Assembly (NCBI GenBank): GCA_039024555.1
Contig: JBCCQQ010000006.1
Span: 64,001-128,000, forward strand
DNA length: 64,000 bases
Direction: 5' to 3'
Source of the DNA: Cyanobacteria bacterium P01_D01_bin.156
GTDB taxonomy: Bacteria; Cyanobacteriota; Cyanobacteriia; Phormidesmidales; Phormidesmidaceae
Shown: positions 9,550 through 19,669 of the stretch, in pieces
How the letters are laid out: each line of letters starts with the position of its first letter
Position numbering within the stretch: position 1 is the stretch's first letter
Program-made: the position numbers and the translations under genes
The notes under the pieces: model-generated
Seen by the model: the letters and a program-made list of their open reading frames with translations, nothing else
Databases searched by the model: none
Told to the model about the DNA's origin: nothing

Positions 9550-11826
9550 ATGACCTCATCTGGTAAGCCTCAACCCAAGCAACCAGCCAGTGAGCAATTA
9601 GCAGACATGGTTCTTAAGGTGGTCAGAACTGGCGGGATTGCTGGTGGTGGCATTGGTGCGTTTTGGCAGCTGTTTCTAAATAGCGATATCCCAAAGGCAA
9701 TTGCATCATTGGTAATCGGTGCTGGCCTTTCCTATGGTGCTAAGTTGTTGATGCCCGTCCATAAAGGAAATGAGAAACGGGCGGAACAGGCTGGAAAAGC
9801 TATCAATGAAGGCATTGATCAAGTCTTTGACCAGATTACTAACCAGGTGATTGCGGCAGCAACTGGGTTTGAGAATAAGTACTTGCTGTGTCAGGCGGCA
9901 GAATGTCAGGCGTTTCGTTCTGAGGGCATGGCCCAGCATGATGGCATTTTTATTCCGCTATTGACGGAAGTATTTGTGCCGTTGGAGCTAGACTCTAGCG
10001 CTATGCAAGCAGGCTTTCACTCGCTAATGCTGGATAGAAATCAAACAAGCCAACGGGAGCTAACTATTTGGACCTTTTTAGCCCAGGCACAAAAGACACC
10101 CACATTTCGTCAGCTAGCCATTCTAGCTTGGGGTGGCTACGGTAAGACCACGCTGTTGCGGCACATTGCTTTTCGCTACGGCACTAAACAGATTCCTAAA
10201 GGAGCACCAAAGTTCATCCCTGTCCTACTGATCCTCAGACAGTATAAGGATTTACTCGCTCAGGATAATCCTCCTGACTTACCACAGTTCATCACTGACC
10301 ATCACCTACCAGATTTGCCCGGTGCCGATAATCTAAAACCACCCAAGGATTGGGCATTGAACCTTCTCAAAAGTGGTCGAGCATTGGTAATGTTGGACGG
10401 CTTTGATGAAGTTGGTACAGATCAGCGTTCAAACGTGGCTAAATGGTTAACGGCTCAAATGCGCCGCTATGGTCAGGCAGTCTTTTTGCTCACATCTCGT
10501 CCCAAAGCTTATAGAGAACAAAAAGCAGGCGCAAGGTTGCAGTTAAGTACATCCCTGTGGGTAAGAGACTTTAATGAGTTACAGAGAAAACAGTTTGTTA
10601 CCCGTTGGTATGAGTGCCAAGAACGTTATGCCAATGCTGGGCGAGAAACCCCAGATGTCAAAAAAACAGCAGATCGTGCATCCCAAAATTTACTTGCACA
10701 AATTGAATCTCAGCAGGCTCTGAAGGATTTGGCAAAAAATCCTTTGTTGCTCAATATGATTGTCACCTTCCATCGCCGGGTGCCAGGTGCGGAACTACCT
10801 AAGCGCAAGGTAGAACTGTATCGAGAAATTTGTCAGCTGCAGTTACTAGACCGCCCTAGAGCTCGTGGTGTAGGGCCTTTGATGACCCAGTACAATGCCC
10901 AGGGGATTTTGCAACAGATTGCCTTTGCCATGATGCAGCGCCAGTGGAAAAGGATTGACCAAAAGGTATTACTGCAAGGGTTAAGTCAAATTATTAAACA
11001 ACAAGACGATCAGTTTTCGGCTAAGGATTTTTTGAAGGAAGTGGTGCAAATTAGTGAGCTGCTAGTAAAGCAAGAAGACCAATATGAATTTGCTCACCTA
11101 AGTTTTCAAGAGTATTTAGCGGCGGCCCATATTGCCCAGACTAGAAAGGAACAGGTACTGTATTCGCAGTTTGACAATGATTGGTGGAAGCCAACAATTT
11201 TACTCTATGCGGGGATAGTAAGTCCAACACAGTTGATGCGAGAGGCCGTTAATCAGGGAGCAACGGATCTGGCTTATCAGTGTTTACAGGAGACGACGAA
11301 GCAGGTGGATGCCTCCCTGGCAGCTGAGCTGAAAACTGTTAAGGCAGTTGTAGTAGATGCTCGCTATGCGAACTTAGAAACGTATTTGAAAAATGGCGAG
11401 TGGGAAAAGGCAGATAATGAAACCTATCGACTGATGATCACTACCGTTGGCAAAGAAGAGAACCAGTTCTTTGAAAACGAAGAACTACTCGAATTTCCCT
11501 GTGAGGAGCTAAAGACTATTGATCAGTTGTGGGTCACCCACAGTAAGGGCAAGTATGGTTTTAGCATACAAAAGAAAATTTATTTAAGCGTTGGTGGTGT
11601 AGCCGATGGCACATATAATGATGAGGCCCATAAACAATTTTGCGATTTAGTGGCTTGGCGAAAGGACGGTTCTTACAGGTTCGAAGATATATTGATGGAT
11701 GGAAGGGGGCCTCACGGACATCTCCCTCGCCCGGTCGTTCCCAGGTTTTGGTTTATAGATCTTATGGGGGTGCTTGGGGGGGGGGTTTGGTTTTTTTTGT
11801 CTCTTCTCTCGCATCGAGACTTGTAG
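9550..11826 (+). CDS. NACHT NTPase with N-terminal hydrophobic helices and C-terminal GUN4 domain
   Basis: Walker A AWGGYGKTT, Walker B LVMLDGFDEV, NPLLL, FAHLSFQEYLAA. GUN4 motifs YANLETYLKNGEWEKADNET, FPCEELKTIDQLW, YGFSIQKKI, GHLP. Confidence 0.9.
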   Translation: MTSSGKPQPKQPASEQLADMVLKVVRTGGIAGGGIGAFWQLFLNSDIPKAIASLVIGAGLSYGAKLLMPVHKGNEKRAEQAGKAINEGIDQVFDQITNQVIAAATGFENKYLLCQAAECQAFRSEGMAQHDGIFIPLLTEVFVPLELDSSAMQAGFHSLMLDRNQTSQRELTIWTFLAQAQKTPTFRQLAILAWGGYGKTTLLRHIAFRYGTKQIPKGAPKFIPVLLILRQYKDLLAQDNPPDLPQFITDHHLPDLPGADNLKPPKDWALNLLKSGRALVMLDGFDEVGTDQRSNVAKWLTAQMRRYGQAVFLLTSRPKAYREQKAGARLQLSTSLWVRDFNELQRKQFVTRWYECQERYANAGRETPDVKKTADRASQNLLAQIESQQALKDLAKNPLLLNMIVTFHRRVPGAELPKRKVELYREICQLQLLDRPRARGVGPLMTQYNAQGILQQIAFAMMQRQWKRIDQKVLLQGLSQIIKQQDDQFSAKDFLKEVVQISELLVKQEDQYEFAHLSFQEYLAAAHIAQTRKEQVLYSQFDNDWWKPTILLYAGIVSPTQLMREAVNQGATDLAYQCLQETTKQVDASLAAELKTVKAVVVDARYANLETYLKNGEWEKADNETYRLMITTVGKEENQFFENEELLEFPCEELKTIDQLWVTHSKGKYGFSIQKKIYLSVGGVADGTYNDEAHKQFCDLVAWRKDGSYRFEDILMDGRGPHGHLPRPVVPRFWFIDLMGVLGGGVWFFLSLLSHRDL

Positions 11827-11903
11827 ACTGTAACAGATAAGCGCTACAGCCCGATCTAAACTTTCTTAAACACAGTCTCTACATACCAATCCTCGTTGTT
11901 TCG

Positions 11904-12680
11904 TCAATTCGTTACCTGGTACCCTGCTAGCTCTCTTGCCAGGTCTGGGTTATAGGCATTGGCCATCAAAAAACGTTCCGTGATATTCTGAATTTCCTCC
12001 ATAGGAGCATCCCATTCTTGCCATAGAGATTTTTGACCAGGGCTAACTTTTTTCTTGGGCTTACCCTTCAATTTCATCCTTGCTAGCAATGTATTTCCCC
12101 AGTAATTTCGCTTTTCTGGCTTTGGCCTTGGTCGATACCGCTCACAAAATTTACGATATATCGTTGCACAGATTTCCAAGGTCGCTCCCAATGCCATAAA
12201 TGCCAGGTGCCATTCGGTAATACCATCCTGGGTCAACCGTTCATAGGTTCCATAATTGCTGAAATCATAGAAAAAGCCCTGCTGCATATTGGCAGCCTTT
12301 GGGTTCCCATGGATATAGCGAATCGTATTCAATGCTCTTCGAGTATCGCTCATCTCAAAGCCGCTGCTGTGATACCGCTTTTCCCAAAAGTGCCCTGTCC
12401 GGTTCAACATTCGGTTAAAACACATGGCACTATACCAGTTCAGCCAGTGCATAATTTTCGGTAACTCTTCTGGCTGCTGCGGCTTTAACAAATAATGGAC
12501 ATGATTGCTCATAATGCACAGAGCATAGAGCCTGAAACCATATTTTTCTCGGCACTTTTGAAGTGCATATAACAATACAGAACGACATTCATACCGCGTC
12601 AATCGAAACTCTCGATTATTGCATCGTATTGTTACGTGACAACAAAGATTAGGACGTAAGTCCCTCAGTTTACGGGCCAT
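11904..12680 (-). mobile_element. REP-associated tyrosine transposase (RAYT / Y1 HUH endonuclease)
   Basis: HVTIRCNN, YALCIMSNHVHYLL (HUH motif), GHFWEKRYHS, IRYIHGNP (catalytic Tyr), FSNY. No tnpB partner and no obvious IS ends. Confidence 0.88.
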
Positions 12681-12777
12681 TGAAAGAGCACATTGCTTTA
12701 CGCTCTGCTTGTTTCTATCATATAAATCCTAATGGTGACACTATCACCTGTCTACAACTTTGACATAAAGTAATTCA

Positions 12778-15700
12778 TCAAAGAAATGTTGCCTGTGTGC
12801 ATTTAAGACTCTCATTATTTTGAGGGAGTATGATTTCAAAATCTGTTGTTCCACTTTCTGCTGAATTCACAGTTAATGTGCCTGCATGTTTTCGAATAAT
12901 GGAATAGCTTACAAATAACCCAAGCCCTTTCCCCTGACCCACTGGTTTTGTTGTAAAGAAAGGCTCAAAGATTTGCTTCTGAAGTTGTTCTGGAATAACA
13001 CTGTTAGTATTGGAAATAATAATCTTCACTTTCCCAGACAAAGCCTGCTCAGTGCGAATCCGAATCTCAGGGGTATCGTCAACACAGGTATTTTCCCGAA
13101 TGGCATCGATTGCATTATTGATGATGTTCAAAAACACTTGGTTGAGCTGATTGGGGTAACACACAACTTTAGGTAATTGAGTATACTGCCGCGTAATTCT
13201 AATTTCCGGTTGCTCGCCTAATGCTTGTAGGCGGTTATTCAAAACTAAGAGGGTACTTTCAATTCCACTATGCAAATTAACAGCTTTAACAGCAGCCTGA
13301 TCTAATCGTGAGAAGTTTCGTAGACTTTGAACAATTTCGTTGATTCTTTCACTACCCACTTCAATAGAGTCCAAAATACTATTGATATCCAAAAATATAT
13401 CATCAGGTTCAATCGCGTTAATTTTTGACTGAAGAGATGGACTAGGTTGAGAATACTCATCCTGATAACTATGGAACAAATCCTGTAAATCTTTAATATA
13501 GTCTTGTAGATGAGGAACATTGCCCATAATAAATCCCACTGGATTATTGATTTCATGGGAAATTCCTGCAACTAGCTGTCCTAGTGATGACATCTTTTCA
13601 GCATGAATAAGATGGGCTTGAGTTTGCTGTAATGTTTGCAATGTTTGTTGCAGATCATTGGCTTTGCGATGAAGATCTTGGGTCTTTTGTTCAACTTCTT
13701 TTTCCAGTTTTTGAGAGTAGTTTTCTGCCTGCTGATATAAGCGGGCATTTTCAATAGAAATCGCTGCCTGACTTGCTAAAAATTGCAAGACTTCTACCCG
13801 TTCATCTGTGAATGCCCCCACCATCAAATTGTTTTCTAAATAGAGCACTCCAATCGTCTTATTCTGGAGTTTTACAGGTATACACAAAACCGACTTAGGT
13901 TTCTGGGTAAGAATATAAGGATCGGCGACAAACTGCTCATCGGCACTCAAGAATTCGAACACAGCTTTCTCTTGAGTCCGGATGACTGAGTAAACAAGAC
14001 GTTTGGGAAGACCTAAATAATGCTCTAAAGAAATATCTATTCGGTTTACCTGATTGGGGGTTGCTTCAACCACTACAGTCCATTGATTATTTTGATAAAG
14101 GAGCAAGTGACCAACTTGTGCTCCTGCATTTGCGATAACTAGATTCATCAAGGTTGTTAGCAATTTCCCAAATTCAATTTCCTGCGAAATTGCTTGCGCC
14201 GCATTTAAGATCGTTGGAATATCCAGTAAACTCTCAATTCCTTGCTTAATACTCAAAGTAGAGTAACCCTCACCTTGGTCTTTGCCCAGCAATTCTACTG
14301 AATAAAAATTTGTCTTCAAGAGATTGGGATAACGCTGTTCCAAGTGATTGAGTTTTGCTTTAGCCCCCCATCGTTTATAGCCATCATAAGCATCTTGTAG
14401 GTAGCCAACGGCCGCTTTTTTCTTGTCCCAATTCAAATAAAATCTGGCAGCTAGTTCATTCGCAAGAGCTTCTTCATAAAGACAATGCTGGGCTCTCGAC
14501 TGTGCGATCGCTTGCTCGTAAGAATCAATAGCGTCAGCATACTGACCAGACAACTTTAATTTCTCTGCTTGAACTAGCAAACATTTATGAGATATATTCT
14601 CAGGGCAGTCTTGCTCCCACTCCTTCAATTTTTTCTCTAGGAGCAAAACTTCTTGCCAATGAGATTTTCGTACCTCTTTATTGTTAGAGACTTCGAAAAT
14701 TGACAAATGCATTAATGCCGCATAGAAAACACTAGAAGGAACCTTTGCATGGCTAGGAATTGTATCCTCAATAATGCTTAACTTAGAAATTAAATCTGCA
14801 TATATGTCCTGCTGGTCAAAGAGGTAGGCATGGCGAATTTTAACAGAATAGAACCAAGCTAGATGATAAGGACTATTGTCATATTTGTGGCAGAAGCTGG
14901 CTTCGTTAAAACTTGTATCATCAAAGCTCTCGACTGTTGTTGTCAGTCCCAGTAAATGGCGAATGGGTTGAATAACACCCACAATCAAAGCATCGCGATT
15001 TTCTAGGCTTTTGATGCGATATAGAAAATCTGAATGGGCTTGAGCTGTTTGATATAACTCCTCCAAGTTTTGACCGTATGTTAATCGGTCCGAACTACTT
15101 AGCATCATTGTAAAGCTCACTGTTAGCCAGTTTCCAGCTTGCATCCCTTGCCTGAGGGCCTCTTCATAGTACACATCCGCTTCTTTAAGAGGGCGGCTCC
15201 AGCTATGAACATCGGCTGCGAATAAGAAATTGGTCATGCCACAAATGTCGGCATTATCAAACTGATCACAAAGGGCAACAGCCGTAGCACCAAAGTGATA
15301 CGCCATAGCAGCATTTCCAAGAAGTGTATTGGCAATTAACCCAAAGCCAACATAGCCAAAGGGAGACATATCACTGTTGCCATGCTGCAGTGATATGGTC
15401 GTCATTTTTGCTAGGGCAAGATACGCTAACTTTGATTGACCATCTAACCATGCTGCATAGAAAAGAACCTGCAAAATGCGTAGCATTTCTGCCACATTCT
15501 CATTCTGCATGATAGGCAAATCAATAATCGATTGGATTGAATTGTGGTTTAGAAAATGTACAACAGCTTCAATCTCACACTTTAACGCTGCATCTAAGTC
15601 AATATCATTTTTGGGTACCGGCCATCCCAATAGTTCAAGACTTTGACGCTGAATAGCAATGGCTTCCTTATTTCTTCCCTGAAGCTGATATTGAGTCATC

Positions 15701-18240
15701 TGCACTCGGTAAATCATGGCTTTGTCGAGTGCCGTTTGCGAATGATCAATAGCTAAAGCATATAGGGTTTCTGCTTGCTCAAAATTGCCACAAAGATAGG
15801 TAGCTTCAGCACCGGCATAATGCAATTGGAACATCAGAGAGTAATCAGTTTGCCAAACCTTTTCAGACAAACAATCAATACCCATAGAGTAATATTGCGC
15901 CGCTACTTCATAGGCGGATGAGGCCTTAGCCTTTTGGCCAGCTTGTAAATTGAGCTTCGCTACCGCTAGCGTCTCTTGAGGAGAAGAAATGAAATTTCGA
16001 CCTAGATTAAACTGATTGACAATAGAAAATAATTGTTCTTCTTTCTGCCTTTGAGAAAACCCTTGTAACAGCAATCGACCAATTTGAAGATGAGTACTTT
16101 GCTTTTGATTATCTGGAATCAATGTGTAGGCAGCTTGTTGAATCCGGTCATGTAAAAATCGGTATCGAATAGCACCATATTCGCCATCGCTTGTGTCATT
16201 TCCCTCCAGATAAAATGCATGTGACGAAGAGTCAGAAAGAATAAACCCCTCTTGAAGACTAATCCATAGTTTCTGGTTGACCGATTCCAGAGCCTCTTCA
16301 CAAATAATCGCTAATGTCTCTAAATCAAAATTGTTACCGATGCAGGCAGATAACTTGAGAACAGTCTGTGTGTCTTGCGGTAGTTTTTGTAAACGACTTA
16401 CCATAAACTGAACGACATTATCCGTCAGAGATAACTGTTGAACAGCACTAAGATCGCACTGCCAACACCTCATATCGCTATTAAAATAAATATTGTTGTC
16501 TCTATGTAAGCCTTTGATAAATTGAATAGTAAAGAAAGGATTTCCCTTTGTCTTACGATGAATTAGCTCAGATAAAGACACTGAGACTGCCGATGGACAC
16601 ATCATCGTATCAGTAATCAAATCAGTAATGTCTCCCTTCGTCAAAAGAGATAACATCATCGTATGAATGACTTTGCCATCTTCTCTCAGGGTATCTAATA
16701 GCCTAATCAAAGGATGGGCAGGATACACCTCGTTATCCCGATAGGCTCCTAATAATAAGAGATACCCCGCTTCTGATTCATCCATAAGAAGCTGAATCAA
16801 ACTCAATGATGCAGAATCTGCCCATTGTAGGTCATCTAAAAAGATAACGAGAGGATGCTCCTTCTTTGTGAAAAGCCTGACAAACTTGCCAAATAATAAA
16901 TTGAATCGATTCTGTTCTGCACCACCGGACAGTTTTATCGTAGGGGGCTGAGGGCCGACGATACATTCTAATTCGGGAATAACATCCGTAATAACTTGCC
17001 CACTATCTCCTAATGCAGATAATATTTTTGTTCTCCAGTGGGTTAGTTCTGCCTCCGATTCCCCAATTAATTGTTCGATCAATCCACGAAATGCCTGTAC
17101 AAATGCAGAGAAAGGTCTATCTTTGTGGAATTGATCAAATTTCCCCTGAATAAAATATCCTTTTTGTCGAGTAATCGGTTTATGAACTTCATTAATAACC
17201 GTTGTTTTACCAATGCCAGAACATCCTGACACCAACATAATTTCTGAGTTACCTTGGGTAACTCGATCAAACGTATTCAATAGACATTGCACTTCTAATT
17301 CTCGGCCATAAAGCTTCTCAGAAATCAAAAAACGATTGCTGATATCTTCTTGTCCAATCTCAAATGGTTCAATCTTTTGAGTTGTCTGAACCTGATGCAA
17401 GCAATTCTCTAAATCATATTTAAGCCCTAAACTACTCTGGTAACGATCTTCCGCATTCTTCGCCATCAGCTTATGAACAATTTGCGAAACGATCGGCGGG
17501 ATGGATTCATTGATATGGTGCAGCGGTTTGGGGATTTGGGCCAAATGACAATGCACTAGTTCTAAGGGAACCATCGATAAGAAGGGAAGTCTGCCCGTAG
17601 CTAATTCATAGAGGGTAACTCCAAGACTATAAAAATCAGTACGATAGTCGATTCCCCTGTTCATTCGTCCAGTTTGTTCTGGAGCTAAATAGGATAGAGT
17701 CCCTTCTAAACTGTTGGGCTTATTTAAGGCTTGCAATTCATAAGATAATAATGAGGCCATACCAAAATCAATGAGCCTGACTTGCTTAGATTGAGGATGG
17801 ATAATGATATTCCCAGGATTAATATTTTTATGAATGATTCGGCATTGATATAAATTATGTAAAATTTCTGAAAGCTGGATAGCAATCTTCAAAGTATCGA
17901 CAAGGGATAAAGAGAATTGCTTCACATAGTCTCTTAGAGCAATACTATTGTAATCTTCCATCACCAAGGCATAACTATTTTCACGTAGCTCAAGGCTAGC
18001 GGCATGAACAATACCAGGAATGAGAAGATTCTTGGTGATCTTATATTCGTTTCGTAATAGCTGCTGTTGTCTAAGGGTTAGATATTCGTCACGCAATAAC
18101 TTAATGACAACAGTTCGGCCCTGACTCTCTTGAATAGCCTGATAAACAATTATTTTTGGGCTACTGTAAAGAGGCTTAGTAGGTGTATATCCAGATAGTT
18201 GAGGCAAGCTATTGTGTTGATAACTGGGAAGCAAGGCCAT
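12778..18240 (-). CDS. Ser/Thr kinase-AAA ATPase-GAF-histidine kinase (HstK-type)
   Basis: Kinase domain (VVIK, DFG, YLAPEQTGRMNR), Walker A GCSGIGKT, LDDLQWAD, GAF (LYLENN), HisKA (HEINNP), HATPase (GKGLGL). Confidence 0.93.
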   Translation of the reverse strand: MALLPSYQHNSLPQLSGYTPTKPLYSSPKIIVYQAIQESQGRTVVIKLLRDEYLTLRQQQLLRNEYKITKNLLIPGIVHAASLELRENSYALVMEDYNSIALRDYVKQFSLSLVDTLKIAIQLSEILHNLYQCRIIHKNINPGNIIIHPQSKQVRLIDFGMASLLSYELQALNKPNSLEGTLSYLAPEQTGRMNRGIDYRTDFYSLGVTLYELATGRLPFLSMVPLELVHCHLAQIPKPLHHINESIPPIVSQIVHKLMAKNAEDRYQSSLGLKYDLENCLHQVQTTQKIEPFEIGQEDISNRFLISEKLYGRELEVQCLLNTFDRVTQGNSEIMLVSGCSGIGKTTVINEVHKPITRQKGYFIQGKFDQFHKDRPFSAFVQAFRGLIEQLIGESEAELTHWRTKILSALGDSGQVITDVIPELECIVGPQPPTIKLSGGAEQNRFNLLFGKFVRLFTKKEHPLVIFLDDLQWADSASLSLIQLLMDESEAGYLLLLGAYRDNEVYPAHPLIRLLDTLREDGKVIHTMMLSLLTKGDITDLITDTMMCPSAVSVSLSELIHRKTKGNPFFTIQFIKGLHRDNNIYFNSDMRCWQCDLSAVQQLSLTDNVVQFMVSRLQKLPQDTQTVLKLSACIGNNFDLETLAIICEEALESVNQKLWISLQEGFILSDSSSHAFYLEGNDTSDGEYGAIRYRFLHDRIQQAAYTLIPDNQKQSTHLQIGRLLLQGFSQRQKEEQLFSIVNQFNLGRNFISSPQETLAVAKLNLQAGQKAKASSAYEVAAQYYSMGIDCLSEKVWQTDYSLMFQLHYAGAEATYLCGNFEQAETLYALAIDHSQTALDKAMIYRVQMTQYQLQGRNKEAIAIQRQSLELLGWPVPKNDIDLDAALKCEIEAVVHFLNHNSIQSIIDLPIMQNENVAEMLRILQVLFYAAWLDGQSKLAYLALAKMTTISLQHGNSDMSPFGYVGFGLIANTLLGNAAMAYHFGATAVALCDQFDNADICGMTNFLFAADVHSWSRPLKEADVYYEEALRQGMQAGNWLTVSFTMMLSSSDRLTYGQNLEELYQTAQAHSDFLYRIKSLENRDALIVGVIQPIRHLLGLTTTVESFDDTSFNEASFCHKYDNSPYHLAWFYSVKIRHAYLFDQQDIYADLISKLSIIEDTIPSHAKVPSSVFYAALMHLSIFEVSNNKEVRKSHWQEVLLLEKKLKEWEQDCPENISHKCLLVQAEKLKLSGQYADAIDSYEQAIAQSRAQHCLYEEALANELAARFYLNWDKKKAAVGYLQDAYDGYKRWGAKAKLNHLEQRYPNLLKTNFYSVELLGKDQGEGYSTLSIKQGIESLLDIPTILNAAQAISQEIEFGKLLTTLMNLVIANAGAQVGHLLLYQNNQWTVVVEATPNQVNRIDISLEHYLGLPKRLVYSVIRTQEKAVFEFLSADEQFVADPYILTQKPKSVLCIPVKLQNKTIGVLYLENNLMVGAFTDERVEVLQFLASQAAISIENARLYQQAENYSQKLEKEVEQKTQDLHRKANDLQQTLQTLQQTQAHLIHAEKMSSLGQLVAGISHEINNPVGFIMGNVPHLQDYIKDLQDLFHSYQDEYSQPSPSLQSKINAIEPDDIFLDINSILDSIEVGSERINEIVQSLRNFSRLDQAAVKAVNLHSGIESTLLVLNNRLQALGEQPEIRITRQYTQLPKVVCYPNQLNQVFLNIINNAIDAIRENTCVDDTPEIRIRTEQALSGKVKIIISNTNSVIPEQLQKQIFEPFFTTKPVGQGKGLGLFVSYSIIRKHAGTLTVNSAESGTTDFEIILPQNNESLKCTQATFL

Positions 18241-18391
18241 TTCTCTCGTCCTTAATCTACCTTGAAGCCTAGATAATTAACGTTAAAGCCATAAAGTATT
18301 TCATAATCTTGACTATGGGTGAAACTTATAGTGTCAAGATTGCTTCTTCACCTGTTGTCATAGTTGTTTCATACAACAGTTGGCGAGAGCT

Positions 18392-19669
18392 TTACTCAAT
18401 GGGCAGCTGAATACAAAACTCTGTCCCTTTACCTTCTTCAGACTCTACCTTTATGTGTCCATCATGAACCTCCATAACGATCTGTTTGGCAACGGCCAAA
18501 CCCAAGCCTGTGCCCTTACCAACACCTTTAGTCGTGTACAGATAGTCAAAAATCTTTTGCTTTATAGTCTGTGGCATTCCTATACCATTGTCTCGAACAT
18601 AGATATGCACATGGTCATTGATCAAAGTTGTTTTTATTAGAATCTGGTTGGAGTCTTGCTCAATCTCCTCATAGGATTTACTCTCATTACTTTCTTCTAA
18701 CGCATCAATGGCATTGGTTAGAATGTTCATAAAGACCTGATTAAGCTGCCCCGGAAAACATTTGATATCTGGTAACTGTTCATATTCTTTCAAGATTTCA
18801 ATATCAGGATGCTGAGTATTTGCTTTGAGTCGATGTTTTAAAATTAGCAGGGTACTATCAATCCCTTCGTGGATATTAAAGTCGATTTTAATATCTTTAT
18901 CTGCCCGAGAAAAAACGCGTAGGCTATTACTGATGCCACAGATGCGTTCACAGCCAGCTTCCATAGACGCTAGCATTTCGGGAATATCTTCCATGAGATA
19001 GGACAGCGTTATTTGTTTAGCATGTTCCTGTATCTCAGGTGTAGTTATCTCTTGATGGCAAAGCTTAAGATGCTCAAATATGGAACTTAAATCTTGCTGC
19101 AGTTCGTCAAGATTTCCACTGATAAAACCAATAGGATTATTGATTTCGTGGGCGACACCAGCCACTAAATTACCCAGTGCTGACATCTTCTCATGCTGAA
19201 CTAACTGCATCTGAGACTCTTGGACTCTTGCCAGTGCTAGCTCTAGGTCCTGCGTCCGAGACATGACCTTTGACTCTAGGGTCTGCTGAATTTGCCGTAA
19301 TTGCAAATGGGTATGTACCCGAGCTAATAGTTCAGCTTCCCTAAAGGGTTTAGTAATGTAATCCACCGCTCCTAATTCAAATCCTTTTACAGTACTATCT
19401 GTATCGGATAATGCTGTAATGAAGATAATTGGAATACTGGCTAAGTCGGGATTTTTCTTAATTTGTTGACAGGTTTCAAAGCCATTAATCCCCGGCATTT
19501 GAATATCTAATAAAATGAGATCTGGGATATGAGATTCGAGTCGTTTCAACGCTCGTTCCCCACTGATAGCGACAGAGACTTGATAGTTTTTGACTGATAA
19601 AATCTCTGTAATTACCTTTAAATTTGCTGGGGTGTCATCCACTACCAAAATTTTTTCGAGATTATCCAT
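18392..19669 (-). CDS. Hybrid receiver-histidine kinase
   Basis: REC domain (ILVVDD, DLILLDIQMP, KPF), then HEINNP, NQVFMN and GTGLGL. Start overlaps the upstream gene's stop. Confidence 0.93.
   Translation of the reverse strand: MDNLEKILVVDDTPANLKVITEILSVKNYQVSVAISGERALKRLESHIPDLILLDIQMPGINGFETCQQIKKNPDLASIPIIFITALSDTDSTVKGFELGAVDYITKPFREAELLARVHTHLQLRQIQQTLESKVMSRTQDLELALARVQESQMQLVQHEKMSALGNLVAGVAHEINNPIGFISGNLDELQQDLSSIFEHLKLCHQEITTPEIQEHAKQITLSYLMEDIPEMLASMEAGCERICGISNSLRVFSRADKDIKIDFNIHEGIDSTLLILKHRLKANTQHPDIEILKEYEQLPDIKCFPGQLNQVFMNILTNAIDALEESNESKSYEEIEQDSNQILIKTTLINDHVHIYVRDNGIGMPQTIKQKIFDYLYTTKGVGKGTGLGLAVAKQIVMEVHDGHIKVESEEGKGTEFCIQLPIE

Noticed and set aside
11640..11840. 66-aa overlapping ORF ending SSLASRLVDCNR as an independent gene
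   Set aside because: It lies inside the GUN4 coding region with no convincing start. Better explained as an alternative-frame tail of the GUN4 gene.
11716..11840. Complete diversity-generating retroelement
   Set aside because: No reverse transcriptase, avd gene or template repeat is visible in the window. A remote DGR cannot be excluded.
11841..12777. Active IS200/IS605 element or classic REP-flanked RAYT
   Set aside because: No tnpB and no matching subterminal hairpins or REP doublets on both flanks. Only a tiny GGTGA..TCACC stem was seen upstream.
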